A stretch of 63,987 nt of DNA, the filler included, from Dirinaria sp. TL-2023a (Eukaryota), in NCBI GenBank assembly GCA_051941275.1. It is 15 parts of 15 records of this genome, joined end to end, with 100 filler letters (N's around TTAATTAATTAA, not from the genome) between each part and the next. Parts side by side here need not be neighbours in the genome. Positions count along the whole stretch, not along the records: positions 1 to 4,232 come from JAVEBF010001883.1; positions 4,333 to 8,557 come from JAVEBF010001884.1; positions 8,658 to 12,882 come from JAVEBF010001885.1; positions 12,983 to 17,195 come from JAVEBF010001886.1; 11 more parts are not named here. One strand, given 5' to 3'. Position 1 is the first letter of the stretch, and each line of letters begins with the position of its first letter. Positions 1-14,081 of this stretch are shown here, one piece after another. The notes under the pieces are model-generated. The model saw nothing but the letters and a program-made list of their open reading frames with translations. It had not been told where the DNA came from and did not search any database. Made by a program: the position numbers and the translations under genes.

Positions 1-1193
1 AGTAGTAAGTAGTAACGGTGCAGCCACCAAGTACATACGAGTACCTTATCTTTTCCCTGTATTATACGTACATAGTCCTGTACCTTACCACTCTTCTCTG
101 CCAGGTGCAGGATACGGTACCTTAGGAACCGGAATGACGGTGGCAGATAACGGCGTGTTTGGGGCACAACCTCGAGATGTGCAACCGCACTGCCCTGTGA
201 GCCCTGTTCCTTCCATGCCAATATATGTCATGATGAGCGGTGATATTGTTTCAGGCAGGCATTGATGACAGCCTTGCTGCATCGGGATTCGGGGAGAGGG
301 GTGATGATATGGGAAAGATGACGCAAACGCAGTGGTCACGATATGGGAGGGGAAAGGGGATGTGTTCATGTTCTTGCTTCTTTCTCTCTCCCGAATGAGG
401 TGGATGCGGGGAGGTGCATTTGGGTGCATTCGGCAGGGGGGTTGATTGGCTTTGAAAGCTTAGCATGCCGATTAGTGCCTCCTTTTAGTGGCACTTGAAG
501 GGCACTTGACTGCAGCAAGAGTGCAAGAGTGCAGCAAGAGCCGTGATCACCGACGCCAAGGCTCAGCCATCAGTCCCTAGGGGAATTCTGGAAGGAACGA
601 GGGAAAATGGGGCAAACTAGTACAGTCTTAGTGCTAGTGCTAGTGCTAGTGCCAGTCGTACCTTAGGCAGTACTGAAGTCTGGCTGCTGCCCGGATTGCA
701 TTATTTCATTATTATTATTCTGCTTCCATTCTTTTTGCTTGTCAGCTTTCGCTCGCCCTACTCCACCTTCTCTCCGCCTCTTTCTTGCCTTTTACTACTC
801 CGCACCTCATTATTACTTTCCTTCCTGTTCCTGTTTAATACCGCTGTTCCCCCCCCGACATTCGTTGCCATGTCGGTCTAAACTCTCCACGATCGATCCG
901 AATTCTCCGAAAACCGCGCGAAAAAAAAAACCCCCCTCAACAATAATCAACACGCTTCCCTAATCACATGCATTGAGCTTGTGCTCCTGCTCCCACCATC
1001 GAAGTCATCAATGACCGGAAGCTTTTATGCATCTGCCGAGCAAACACTTTAATCAAGCAATACTCAACGTCTCCTTCACTCCACTGCTACCAATGTGAAT
1101 CTTGCACTTCGCCAACCCAAACACCTACGATTCTCCTGCCCCAGCTAGCAAACTTCATCGGCCGGTCCTACAGACGTATCACCAGTCTGCAAA

Positions 1194-3233
1194 ATGGCCA
1201 CCCTCACCATGGCTCCAGGCCCGTCGATCTCGCGCTCGCGTAGCGACCTCAATCCCCTTAGTACCCTACCAGATCCGAGGAGTCGTAGTGCCACGCCAAA
1301 TCCTCTGTCAAGAAGCAATTCTTCATTGCATCACCCAGACCTCAGCAATGAAGTAGCCTCTCTCAGTCACAAACTCATCACTGCTATCAACCATCAGACC
1401 GATCTGGACGACACTCTTTCAGAGACTCGGCACGAGCTTGACGCGGCTCACGATCGTGTGAAGCAGCTGGAAGCTCAAGTTCAGCAACATGACGCCTTGG
1501 TCGCTCATGGAGTTCTTGTCAGTCGAAAGCATATAGAGGACAACACGATGGAGCTAATGGCCGACCTCGCTACCGAAAGGAAGAAGAGGGCTGTGGTGGA
1601 GAAGGAGAAGAAAGGCATCGAGGTGGAGCTAGAGAATCTGACCACTGCTTTGTTTGAAGAAGCGAATCAGGTAGGCAGGCCATCACTGCTTCGATGGGCT
1701 TGAGCTAATTTCAAGTAGATGGTCGCCGCTGCAAGGAAGGAACGCGAAGCTGCGGAGAAACGCAACGAGCAGTTACGGTCACAGCTCAAAGATACAGAGC
1801 TGCTTTTGGCCTCCCACCAAGAGCAGCTGGCCGAGCTCAAGAGCGTCATGCACAGCATATCTGAACGTGACGACGCAGAGTCGAATGCTAATGGTTCCAC
1901 TGCTCCTCCTACTCCGGCTATGCAACAGCAAGAGCATCTACATCGGGTGGTGGATGCACTGCACATATCTACCGACATCCCCAGCGAAGAGATCCCTCCC
2001 GCTCCCCCTACCAGCTTCACGCATCTGCTCAGTCCTGTTCTTCGCACGGATTTGGTGGTCTACGATGATTTCCACTCATTGCTTGAGACCCCGAGGAAAT
2101 CATTACCATCCAGCCGTGTTACCAGCGGGTCATACGGTGGGCTCAGTCTTGCAGGGCTAGCCAATGCTCATCGGGAGCAGATGCAGCATGCAGTGAGCAA
2201 CGGGTCTACTTCTTCTCTTTCTACGGCAACAAGTTATCAGTCGTCGCCCGGTACTCCAAACACCCCGGCATCTACCAATTCCAGCGTCTCTTCTCGAGAT
2301 ATTCCTATTAGTGCTGCGCCGCTCAAAGAGACACGCTATTACAAGCGTGTGCTGATCGAGGATATCGAACCTACTCTTCGCTTAGACGCAGCTCCCGGCT
2401 TGTCTTGGCTGGCTCGGCGAAGCGTCATTAATAGTATGTCCGAAGGCACCCTAATGATTGAGCCTATGCCGACAACAGCGACCCTTCACCATCATGCCTG
2501 CTCGCTATGCGGCGAAAACCGCAAAGGCAACGAATACCGACGGACTCACCGTTTCAGGACGAGCGAGAACGAAAACGCTCAGAAGTACCCACTGTGCGAA
2601 TATTGCTTGAACCGAATGCGGTCTACCTGCGACTTCCTGAGCTTCTTGCGCATGATCAAAGACGGCCATTGGAGGACTGATGGCGAGCAGGCGGCAGCTA
2701 CAGCATGGGAAGAGAGTGTACGACTCAGAGAACGCATGTTCTGGGCGCGCATTGGTGGGGGTGTTGTTCCGACTTTCATGCGTGCTCGAGACTCCCCTCG
2801 AAGCTCGATTGAAGAAGAGGCTGCACCACGCCCTCCTGAGAAGGAGGCGAGCCCACTTGAGGAGTATCTACTGGCTGAGAAGATCCAGGCTAGCCCGATT
2901 CGCGATGAAGAGGATCCCCTCAACGTTGTCAAAAGGAAAACATCAGTAGCAAGCATCTCTAGCTCCTATGAGGACGGAGGCTTAGGAATTCACGCTACTG
3001 CGGACGAAGAGAACGGGTCTCCTGTTCCGGAACCGACGCAATCGCCAGCACCTTCGATTGAAGAAGCCTCAAAGCAGCTTCAGGGTGAACTTCAAGTGTC
3101 TGTTGAAACACAGGCTCAGAGCGACGTTCCTGAAGCGTCTCCCAAACCGCATGCTCAAACCGAAACAACCAATCCCGAAAAGGAAGCTGAGGGCCGGACT
3201 TCATCATCGATGCCAGGTGCATTTGAATTCTAG
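1194..3233 (+). CDS. SEC2: Rab GDP/GTP exchange factor Sec2
   Basis: Exons 1194-1670 and 1719-3233; intron 1671-1718 (GTAGGC..GCTAAT..TAG). The join gives the Sec2 coiled-coil motif ELENLTTALFEEANQ|MVAAARKER. The C-terminal part has EDIEPTLRLD..PGLSWL and CSLCGE..CEYC. An additional upstream exon cannot be excluded. Confidence 0.9.
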
Positions 3234-4232
3234 GTGCTCCGCTTGCTCTTGCCCGTCAACTTTTATCATCTCTTTTGCTGGATTCAACCGCGTCCGTATG
3301 ATTGTATGCTGCTACCTCATTTCGGACGACGACACTGAGGTACGAGTACCTCGCGTCCAAGTGTCGACTATCCTACTTGGCCACAGCAGCTTTCCATTTA
3401 ATTGATCAACATAGAACACTAGACCTCGACTTTCGCTTCTTAGCTTCTTCCTACGACTGACTAATCACGAAATGTACATAACGCACTCTTCTGCGCTGCA
3501 ACCCCTCCCTCCCTTACCTAGATTCTTGAAAGTTCCTGTGTGTTGAAAAATGGAGGAGGGGAGATGAGACGAGTCCGCCACGAAGGGGGAAAAAAAGCAA
3601 GGAAACAGGATAGGCAGCATAACAAAAAAAGCCGAATCAAAGACATGGACCATAAGGTACTTTAGTAGGTCCACGTGTCCGCGAGCGCGCTTGTTGTAAT
3701 TGTAATTAGGAATATTATTGCTAATGCCAAGCTCTTGTTCAACATTCATATTCATTATTTCAGTGCTTTTGCATGGCATGCATGGAATTTCTGTGTTAAA
3801 ATCTGTAATCATTTGATATTATGGAATTTTTTTATATTATATCCCCAGCCATCCCATCCCACATCTCGGTATTATTTCGATTGAACTTGCTTGCTTGCGT
3901 AACATGTACCTTTGTAAAACCTCACTACTAGGTACTTCAATAATGTATGTATATAGATAGTAGAGGAAGGTAAGGTAAGGTAGAGTAAGGTAAGGTAGCA
4001 CCCGGGGGTTCAAAAATTTTTTTGTTCTCATCCAACTATCTCACATATATATGTAGGTACTCTCACATCCATGTTAAAACACCACGCACACAATTCCTCA
4101 CCGAAAAAGCCATGGAAATGGGAAGATTTAATAAAAGTAAGTTGCCTACTACTGTACCTAGCTCTTATACTTCTGATGCAGCTGCCGGATCTGTTCCTCG
4201 ATATTCATCCCCTCGCCTCCCTTCCCTGCTCC

Positions 4233-4332
4233 NNNNNNNNNNNNNNNNNNNNNNNNNNNNNNNNNNNNNNNNNNNNTTAATTAATTAANNNNNNNNNNNN
4301 NNNNNNNNNNNNNNNNNNNNNNNNNNNNNNNN
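4233..4332. other. Artificial contig-joining linker (first of 14)
   Basis: 44 N + TTAATTAATTAA (stops in all six frames) + 44 N. Identical linkers at 8558-8657, 12883-12982, 17196-17295, 21501-21600, 25804-25903, 30107-30206, 34397-34496, 38685-38784, 42970-43069, 47254-47353, 51531-51630, 55806-55905 and 60065-60164. The contigs between them never increase in length (4225 down to 4159 nt). Confidence 0.99.
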
Positions 4333-4729
4333 ACTACCTCAAAAGGTAAATGCGAATCTTTGAAAGGTGACTGGTGGTGGTGGCGTATGAAGTGAGATCA
4401 TCAATCTAATCGAGCGCGGTGATTGCGCGGAGATAAGAACGCGGGGATATTTATGGAGGTGTGGGTGTGGGTGGGTGTGTAAGTAAGGTAAGGTAATTGA
4501 GGGAGGGTAAGGTAGTAGGACGGAGGTCATCATCATCATCTATTTTATTTTCGAAAGGGGGGGATATATATACTTATATGTAAAGAGGCCCATCGTTTGC
4601 GATTTCAATCATAGAAAGGTGATTTTGGATAGAAGGGCTTTTGATAATCAGTGACCTCATACAAACAAACTTCGATTTCTCCTCCCCTCCCCACAAGAAA
4701 GAACACACCAAAAAAAAAAAAAAACTATA

Positions 4730-5806
4730 ATGGCTAGTATCACAGGCAAAGAAATCGGTCGGACTGGGTTTGGGCTTATGGGTTAGTTCTCTTCTTTCCC
4801 AACCTTTCCAATAGCAAAAGGTTTGGCATGAACTAAATCTATCTTTTTTTTTTTTTTTTTCACAGGCTTCACATGGAGGGCAAAGCCATGCCCCACATCC
4901 CAAGCCATCAGCACCATGCGCCACTCCCTCTCGCTGGGCGCCAACTTCTGGAACGCGGGCGAGTTCTACGGCACCCCGTCCTACAACAGCCTGCACCTGC
5001 TGAACCAGTACTTCACGCAGTACCCCTCGGACGCGGACAAGGTGGTGCTCAGCATCAAAGGCGGCTTGGATCCCGTCAAACGGTACCCGGACGGCACCGA
5101 AGAAGGCGTGCGCCGGAGCGTGGATAATTGCCTGGCGGGACTGGACGGGAAGAAGTTCCTGGATATCTTCGAATGTGCGCGCGTGGATCCGAACACGCCG
5201 ATCGAAGTCACCATTCGCGCGCTGGCGAAGTACGTCCAGGCCGGCAAGATTGGCGGGATCTCGCTGAGCGAGGTCAGGGCGGAGACGATCAGGAGGGCGG
5301 CGGCCGTGCATCCCATCTGCTTCGTGGAGGTGGAGCTGAGTTTGTGGGCCACGGATGTAATTGAGAACGGCGTCGCGGCGGCTTGTTCCGAGCTAGGCAT
5401 TCCCATCGTCGCGTACAGTCCGCTTGGCAGAGGGGTTTTGACGGGGGAGGTGAAGAAGTTCGAGGATTTGGCAGAAGGCGATCCCCGGAGACAGCTCCCG
5501 AGGTTTCAACCGGAGGTGTTTGAGACGAATTTTGAGGTAGTGAGGGAGGTGGAGAAGCTGGCCGAGAAGAAAGGTTGTACAACGGGACAGATTGCAATGT
5601 CATGGGTGAGGCAACTGAGCGAGAGGAAAGGCATGCCGGTCATCATCCCAATTCCAGGCGCAACCACTGAGAAGAGGGTCACGGAGAATATGAAAGATGT
5701 GCAATTGGACGAAGATGACTGGGATGAGATTGATGCTATCTTAAAGAAGACCACGGTTATTGGGGCTAGGTATGCTGGGCCATTGGCGCATTTGATGAAT
5801 GGATGA
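4730..5806 (+). CDS. Aldo-keto reductase, pyridoxal reductase (AKR8)-like
   Basis: Exon 4730-4781 (MASITGKEIGRTGFGLM), intron 4782-4865 (GTTAGT..CTAA..CAG), exon 4866-5806. Motifs GLMGFTWR, WNAGEFYG, IFECARVDP, GISLSE, AYSPLGRG and IPIPG. Confidence 0.9.
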
Positions 5807-6372
5807 CATAGAGCGTCTTGCCACAAGTGTTTCCCACCATGAAAGTCTCGGTCTAGACAACAACGTCGTCAGCTGCAGCTCTGAATTTTAGATTATCAAA
5901 TGATAAGTAGATGAACGGATTTTTCAGATCAAGTGTAATTTGGATGGTCGTCAACCGGTTCCAAGTAATTTTGAAATCGTCCGTATTGCAGAACTCTTTA
6001 GCTTGCTCATCATGGTCAGAGAAGGATCAAGAGAAGAAGAGTTCCACCCACAAATTATCTGTGGTTCAGAAGGCTTTGAGATTGTGGCATTTTGTTCCTA
6101 GGTCTTCCCATATGCATCATGTTCGCAAGCACCACAAAACGCGTGACGGACGTCATTTTTAATCTGTGTATTTCGCGATTCCCAGGTGAAGCTTTCAAGA
6201 CGCGACTAAATTAAGGCGGTCGAACATATGGCCGACTGAGCACGCGATTTTAGGCGGCCGTTGATCGCACATGACTACCTCAAGCCCTCGCTTATCAGCA
6301 AGATTGTAGACTTGCCACAGAAGTTCCTTACCACATCTCAAAGTTATTAGCAAGATGCAGAGCTCATCTTGC

Positions 6373-6693
6373 TCATGACTCGGATTTTGCATCCTTTGTT
6401 ACTTCGCCTCCCTTATTAGGTCCATTGACATCCAGTTGGTGAGTTTCCTTAACCAAAGCCTCAACGCGCTCGTTTGCGGACAGGTTTGTTTGAGTGCCTG
6501 GGGCTTTTTGCAGGCGCCAACTAAACATTTCATCTAGAGAGGTCGGAGCAGGCCTGCCCTTTTTAATAAAGTCCTCCTCGGTCGATTTCGGGGGTTCTTT
6601 TTCAGTCTGCTGCAGTAAGTCCGTGTAAGCTGTCTTTTCTTCATAATATTTGTCAATTTCAGCAGCGACGTCCTCGGAATCGAAGCCAGGCAT
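6373..6693 (-). CDS. Hypothetical 106-aa charged protein
   Basis: ATG-initiated ORF with protein-like composition, divergent from the C2H2 gene about 300 nt away. No family recognised. Confidence 0.4.
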   Translation of the reverse strand: MPGFDSEDVAAEIDKYYEEKTAYTDLLQQTEKEPPKSTEEDFIKKGRPAPTSLDEMFSWRLQKAPGTQTNLSANERVEALVKETHQLDVNGPNKGGEVTKDAKSES

Positions 6694-6995
6694 TTCGACT
6701 TGACTGCTCCACAGATAGAGTACAAGCCACAGTCCCTCAGTGTGACTTGATCAATTTATGTGAAAATCAAAAACAAGGTCGATCATGTGAAAAGCCTCAG
6801 ATATCCGTCCACCAAGCTAACGCTTTCAGGACACACCAACGCTAATCGGGCGGCAGAGACGGGCCTACTTCCCGTTTGCCGAGGATGTCCCGGCAAATCG
6901 AAAAGGACTGCATAGTCCGATGCCAAATCCGCCATGGGCGCGTTCATCTGGAGTGTGTGGACGTAGATCCTCAAAGCATCTCCCAGACTGCCGAG

Positions 6996-8211
6996 ATGGA
7001 GGGATCGGACTCTGCAATGGACTCATCACTGTCATCCCATGCCTCAAGCGAATTTGGCGATGAGGTCCGCACCGAGGAGCCCAATCTAAGTGAGGACGTC
7101 GAGGAACCTGCCGATACACCCTCCGCACCACCAGCAAAGAAGCAGCGGCTTGGGCAATACGCATATCGCGCCTCGACAGCTACCACGAACGACTATGACG
7201 CCGGCGAACTATCCTCAGATACCTCAGGGAGCATTCCCAGCTCGCCACGGGCTTCCGGTTCCACTCCTGAAGATGATGTGCAGGAGCAAGTCACAGTCTG
7301 CAGATGGCTGGGCTGTGAGGCTGGCGATCTTGGGAACATGGACACCCTGGTCCAGCACGTCCATGACGACCACATCGGTGTGAGGCAGAAGAAGTACGCG
7401 TGCGATTGGGAGGGATGTCCGAGGTTGGGCCTGAACCACGCCAGTGGATATGCTCTGAGGGCACACATGCGGAGTCATACACGTGAGAAGCCGTTCTTCT
7501 GTGCTTTGCCAGGTGAGATACTTTATGAGCTGTCTACTTTAGGTTGGGAGCTTGGCTAAAAAAAAGGGGTCTACAGAATGCGACAAATCCTTTACACGCT
7601 CCGATGCCCTGGCTAAACACATGCGTACAGTCCACGAAACCGAAGCACTCCGCCCTTCCGACCCGATCCCGCGCAACCACTCTTCAGCCGGAATGAAGCC
7701 GCAGCGTTTGAAGCTCGTCATGAACACCAAGCCTCGGAATATCGAAGAAGAAGGCGGTGAAGGGGACGTGGACGACGACGCCACGATTGGAAGCAACACC
7801 GATACGGACGGCGAACCGAAAATCTCCAAGGAATTCGACCCCCCGGCCGAGTTGGGGTTCACGGCGGACGAGCTGGCGATGCCCATCGACGAACTCTATA
7901 AATTGAGCCGGTACCAAGTGCACTGGTCCGAGGAGGCAGGTAAGGAGCTCCAGAAAGAAGTCGCCGAGCTCGAGGGTAAGTACAAAGCTGAATGGCAGAA
8001 GAAGGAGCTCGTACTCGACAACCTGATGGAGATGGAGGTCGCGAACGCGGACTACAAGCGCCACAAGGACCCGGCCGTGATCAAGGCGCTGGCGGACGAT
8101 CTTCCGAAAACGGTCCTTCCGATCAATGGTCCCGTCTGGTGGCGCGAGGGGAGCCCAATGCGGGAGGATAGTCGCGTGAGGGAGGAAAACGCGAAGCAGA
8201 TGGAGGGCTAA
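6996..8211 (+). CDS. C2H2 zinc-finger protein, INO80 complex subunit Iec1-like
   Basis: Exons 6996-7512 and 7577-8211; intron 7513-7576 (GTGAGA..CTAA..CAG). Fingers CRWLGC..HVHDDH, CDWEGC..HMRSH and FCALP|ECDKSFTRSDALAKHMRTVHE, followed by a C-terminal coiled coil. Confidence 0.85.
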
Positions 8212-9034
8212 GGTGTGGTAGGCAAAAGGGTTCGCGAAAAACGGGGTTGCTTGATTTGGTACTCTGTACCACTACTTCTATTCGTGCGGGGTGTGTGTGC
8301 TTTTTAACCAACGGAGTTTTACGACGGATATTCGTATGGGACAGCGTGGAGTCATGGAGATAGCTCCACTACTGAAGCGGGGGAGAGAAAAGACACACAG
8401 AGAGGTTAGCTGAATAATGTGCCACCAGCAACCGAAAATGTAAACTACTACTGTTAATGGCAGATAAGATCACCATTAAATTGCTTTGCTCAAATAAAAA
8501 AAAAATTCCTTCAACTTCCTCCCACCCCTTCTTCTTTTCAAAACCATGTTCCCCAACNNNNNNNNNNNNNNNNNNNNNNNNNNNNNNNNNNNNNNNNNNN
8601 NTTAATTAATTAANNNNNNNNNNNNNNNNNNNNNNNNNNNNNNNNNNNNNNNNNNNNATTTGGGACGATGGAGGATGGATAGATGGATGAATATCACGAT
8701 GGTAGGACGTGTGAAATACAGAAGGGAAGGGAAGCTGATGCAGGGGGACTATATACAGACGCTGCCTAGGAAGGAAAGTTTCTCTTGATTGAGAAAACCG
8801 CTATGAGCACTACTGTATATACGAGACATCTCTGGGAACGAAATAAATATCGGGCCACCGGGCGGTTTCGCAGCAAGGAACGGGTGGGTGGAGAGCCTTT
8901 CTTTTTTTTTCTCTTCTTCTAAGGGATATAATAGTCCCTGACAGATAGATACTATATGTAGTACGTAATTCAAGCAAGCAAAGCTCCAAAGATTAGAGGC
9001 TCACAAAACCGTCTAGAAAAACAGGTTGACTCTA

Positions 9035-10565
9035 TTATTTCCCCAAAACCTTCAGATCGCCGCCTCCCTTCTTCAACTTCCCGCTCTCGATCAACCGATG
9101 CACTTCTTCGTTCCAGATGTTCGCGACCCCGTCCACGTCTTTGATACTCCCTAGCTTGGCCGCTAACGCGGCTAGTGCTTCGTTACTATCGATCTTGCCG
9201 ATCACGAGCTCGACGTCGTTGAGCACCTCGTCTACGCGCTTCGCGTCCGCGGTTTGCGTGGGAGGTAGTAAGTAATTCACGTCCTTGACACTGCTTTTCA
9301 AGACGCGTTTGTTCTTCTTGACCGCGTTCTTCGCGGCCTCTTTCGCTTTTTTGCCCTCTGCTTTTTCGGCCTTGGCCGCTTCTTCGGCTTCCCTTTTCAG
9401 TCTTTCTTCTTCCTCTGCTTTTCTCTTGGCTTCTTCTTTTTCCCGGCGTTCCGCCAGCTCCCGCTCCTCGCGTTTCTTGTTCTTGCCCGCCCGTTCCTGC
9501 TGCTTGAATTTCTTGATCCGCTCATCGCCCGCCAGGCACTCGTCGACCAGCGCCCGCAGCCGCGCCGTGTCCTCCGTCTTCTTCTTCTTCCGCGCGTTGT
9601 TGTTCTTCCGCTCCACGTGCCGCTTCTGGTCGCGGTTCTCGTTGTCGTCCGGCACGTCCTCGTCCTGGTACTCGAAACTCCGCCACGAATCGAAGTTGTA
9701 CCAGAAATTGTAGAACTCCTCGACATCGGCCTTGGTGCTCGAGTCGTCCCCCAGCATGGGCACGGGCGTGGCCTTGGAGAACCGCGCTTCCCGCTCGAAG
9801 ACCGGCCGCCAGCTTTTCAGCCAGCCTTTCTTCTGCGCCTCCTTTTTCGACGGAGGGTCGATGTCCGCGCCTTCGTCCACGGAATCGTATTGCCGCCGTT
9901 TGATGGGGTCGAGGAGGATCTCGGTCGCTTTCTGGATGCATTTGAAGAAAGAATCGTCTTCCGACGAGCCGGTTGCTGCGCGTTTGTCCGGGTGATGGCG
10001 GAGGACTTTTTTACGATGCGCGGTCTTGATCTGAGACTCTGTAGCTCGATAGCGGTGGCGGGAGAGTCCAAGGACAGCGTAATGGTCTTGTCCCTAGATA
10101 AGTACTTTAGCTATGCGATTGGTATGAAAGGGGAGGGGGGGCGTTGGTTGGATAGCATCAGTGGGCAGAATATAATAGGACGTTGGTGAGAAGTATAGCT
10201 GTAAATTACCTTCCAGTCCTTTGCGTCTCGCTGGAGCATCAGTTGGTTCTCCGGCTCGCTGATCTCGCCCGCATCGTCATCTTCGACTTTCTTAACGCTT
10301 TCTTGAGCTTGGATCCGCTCGTCCTCGGAGAAGGTACGGTGATGGCGTTTCTGTTGGCTCGTTAGCACATTACTTCATGGGTAACTGGATCAGAGAAAAA
10401 TAGACTCAAACGTACTCTCCGGGCGTGAGCAAGGAAGTGAGGGCCCACGGGCTCAATGTTCCTCTGTGTCGGTGTAGAGAGCGTGCCAATTGCTTTAAAA
10501 TCCTTTTCCGCCGACCATCCTTCTGGGAGGACGGGTAGTGGAAGCTGAACTTGAGTTGCTGCCAT
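9035..10565 (-). CDS. ZUO1: Zuotin, ribosome-associated J-domain chaperone
   Basis: Exons 10565-10416, 10350-10210 and ~10093-9035. Contains IEPVGPHFLAHARR|KRHHRTFSE, a J domain (DHYAVLGLS..LRHHPDK) and FYNFWYNFDSWRSFEY..RDQKRHVERKN. Confidence 0.95.
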
Positions 10566-11185
10566 TTTTTTTTTTTCTTTTTTTTTTTTTTGGCAGTAAT
10601 CTAGAGGGTTCGGCTTTGGTGTGAGTAGAAGCAAAGCAAGCTGGATTTTCGTGAATCTCTCCGAACGCTTACGCTAGCCCATTTAGGAGCATCGATTAGC
10701 GCTACAATACCAGCTAATCATCAGGTTCCCGGCGCCAATAATCTGAGTCTAGAACTCAGGAACGACTACTGAACTAGGTGGTTAACCAAGTTCTGATTGA
10801 GGTTTTGGCCTTCTCTGTTGGGGCTCTCGATGCGCAAGACCTTTTGATACAACCAGTCAACCACTAGATGGCGGGTCGGATCTATACACCCTACAATATA
10901 GCCGTTCCGGATGGACAAGGCAACTCGAGCGTATCTTGCCTCACACTGCCGAGCCTCATTTAACTAAGTAGGAACATGGTCAGAGCGTAGAGCGCATTTC
11001 GTTCCACGATTATTCTAGCGAAACGACTATGCACCGTTGAAAATTGGTAGGAAAGAATTTTTGGCGGCCTCGCCATCACTACTGACACCAGCCGAACTAT
11101 ATTCCAAAACCTCACATTTCACGTCTGACCAAACTCCCGACACCACGCTTTGTCCGCAGAGTTTCTCGCGCCTTTCGCCACGGCA

Positions 11186-12088
11186 CTAATTCCTCAATGC
11201 TCTCAACCTTTCCCCAAGCCCCTCCTCCCTCTCCTCTTCGGTGACCTTTCCGCTTGGCGTCGCCTTTTCTGGCGCGCTCATTTCTTGCTGGAGCTCTACG
11301 CCTGCCTCGTCTGCGACCTGTCCGATTAACCGATCGACATCATCCTGCGGTGTGCCAACCGCCGTCGCCGATGACGTGGCATTCTCATAGTATCCTGTCG
11401 CAACGTCCAGATCCTCGAATTGTGTTTCGAATCGGTCCATGACTGCTGAAATCTGTGCCATTGGTCAGCTCAACTCTGCGAAGTTGTGGGCTTTGTTGGC
11501 AGCGTTTTAGACGGGAACGTCAAGTCATGGGCTGGGGCAAGGGTTTGACGTACTTTTTCGAGATCCATACTCTTCATAGCACCTTCCATGCCTCTGACCA
11601 CGCCCGCCATACTCCCCGTCACCTGGCGCATAGTGACTGCAGTTTGCACCCTGCTAGCGACAGCATCTATCCTTGATCCGAGACGAAGGAGGTTCAGCTT
11701 CTCATTCTGTTTTCGGATCGCATTCTGAGCATATATTTTGGCGATGTCTGGGTGGTTTTGTTGAATTGCCTGTACAGAACTCAGTTTAGTCGTAGTAACA
11801 TGGCAAGGATCAAGGGCTCGCAGAGTAGTGAGGCAAAAGACAGGTCGGTAATGATGGACATGAATGAAGCCGGTTGGATTGTAGGTGGAGTAGCCTGAAT
11901 GTTCAACGTACTTTCTTCAGCTTGTTCTTTTCAGCGGCCTCATCTTTGCCAGCCTTTGCAGCTTGTCGATTCAGTTGCTTGGCAGTGAACTACAGAGAAT
12001 TCTGATCAGCCTTGCTTGTCTAAAGACTTTTTTTGGCAGCCGAAGAGCATACCTTGAGGTTGAAGAGCGACTTCTCCAGGCCGGACAT
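11186..12088 (-). CDS. DID2: ESCRT-III accessory protein Did2/Vps46 (CHMP1)
   Basis: Exons 12088-12053, 11989-11912, 11769-11554 and 11452-11186. Reads [54 protein letters not shown]. Confidence 0.93.
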
Positions 12089-14081
12089 TCTGCTTTCAGG
12101 CGAGACACAGGATGTGAAGTTACTAAGAAGGGTTGAGCATTTAATTTGTGGACAAGAGCAGAACTGTACTGTCTGGTAAGTAAGAGAGATAAGGTAGAAC
12201 AGAGGAGAGCTTTTGCTTAGATGGGCAGCGTGTAGCTTTAGATACTCGTACTGTAAGGTACCTTGGACTGCGGGCCTGGACACATCCATGATCTGCGCAG
12301 CATGACGTTGGAGAAGCCAAGACTCCGCTAGCCGCTTTAGGGGTGCAAGTCCGCACCTGCAAAAAAACAACAGCCTTCATACACAAGTCTGGTCCGTCGC
12401 TACCTTCAACTCGCACTTTTTGACGGAACTTTTGGTGGCTTTTCTGCTTTCAATACTGACTCCTAAGCACCAAGTACCCGGACTTCGTTCAACTCAGTTT
12501 AGATCAGAAAGGCACGAGCCGAATTCGTCTTTATATGGAGAGCAAGGCGACCGCCAGAGACAAAGTGGTTGTGATTTCAAGGTCGACAATTCGTGAACAT
12601 GATATCAATATTAATATCGGGAATTGAACACCTGCAGTCGAATCTATCAGCTAGGTATGGTCAAGTACTTTCACATTCCATGGGAAATCATCCCCTTCGC
12701 ACATCGAAAAAGCCCCCTGCAGAATCATCTCGGCCTCGGTACCGAATAACCCAAACATTTATTCATTGAAACACCTCCCTATCTCAAAAAACCCAATCTC
12801 TCTATATCATACTCCCACACAAGTCATAAATCCATCCTCCATACCACTCATCGCCCAGCTATCTGAGCCTCACCCCTCCTACNNNNNNNNNNNNNNNNNN
12901 NNNNNNNNNNNNNNNNNNNNNNNNNNTTAATTAATTAANNNNNNNNNNNNNNNNNNNNNNNNNNNNNNNNNNNNNNNNNNNNGATGAAAAAGAATTTGTT
13001 GACCATGAACGAGAGTAGATGTGACGACAGAGAGATTTCTTAGGAAAAGGTGTCTTGTAGACTGAGTAGATTTTTCCGAGATGGCAAGGTTTTTCGTAAC
13101 ATACATTGAATGCAGACGTTAAATAATATTTTTTATTATTTCTCCAGTATGAATCTTTAGACATATACCAAGTCTTCCACATCCTTAATTTTCCTTTTCC
13201 CCCAAAGAAGCAAACAAATACCTTATATCTCTCCAATACTTATACAGCCCGTATTACATCAATATACCACCGTCCTAAATTAATATATCCAGAATTTCCC
13301 ACCTCCTTTCCTCCCCCCTTTTTATCATAAACCGATGGCTATCAGCATGTCTCGTTCCCAACACCCCATCAACATATGTACATCTACACCTATATTCCAA
13401 AACCTCACCATCTCCCCTTCCCTTCCCTACTTTACACGCACAATCTCCAAGCTAAAAAAAAATTTTTTTAAATAAGAAATCCTATCCCATCTCATCTCTC
13501 TCATTTCAATCAGTATCACCACCTCTTTTTTTTTTCCATCTTCCCCTATCTCAAACTTCCGATTCAATGTCCATACTCACTCGTCTAGCGCTGGCTAGTG
13601 AAAGCACGAAATAAAGTTTCCACGAAAGTGTCAATGATAATGAAAAACGATTCTCCGTGAGTTCAAATCCACAAACCGTTCAGTATTTGTTATAAAAGAA
13701 CGCTAGGGGGAAAAAAAAGATGACTTTTGTTAAAAAAATTTTTGATGCTGAAGTATTGAATGAAGTGAGAAAGGAATATATTGATTAATTTGATGGACGA
13801 TAGTAAACAGAGGAGAGAAAAGGACTTGAGTGCGGTGGGGATAAATGGGAGATTTAAGGTAGAGAAGGAAGAAGCATAAGCAGGTATCCGGGGCGGGGAG
13901 AGTAAATGAGAAGGTTGCGGGTTTCAAACGCAGGTTCTGTGAGGAACAGAAACAAATATAAACAAGATGATATAATGGCAATGGGTAGCGGAGCGTTTTG
14001 ATATGTATATTCTTCGGATGTACTGTTCTCGATATGATCCCCGTCACCGGAGACTGAGGCTAGGAGGTTTATACACCCCTA

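Noticed and set aside
9285..10189. Long antisense and alternative-frame ORFs over zuotin (similar ones over the AKR, PGDH, Iec1 and AXL2 genes)
   Set aside because: These are shadows of GC-rich codon usage in the real genes.
13584..13705. Segment flanked by a short CTAGCG/CGCTAG inverted repeat
   Set aside because: The 6-bp match is within chance. There is no second copy, target-site duplication or recognisable RNA motif.
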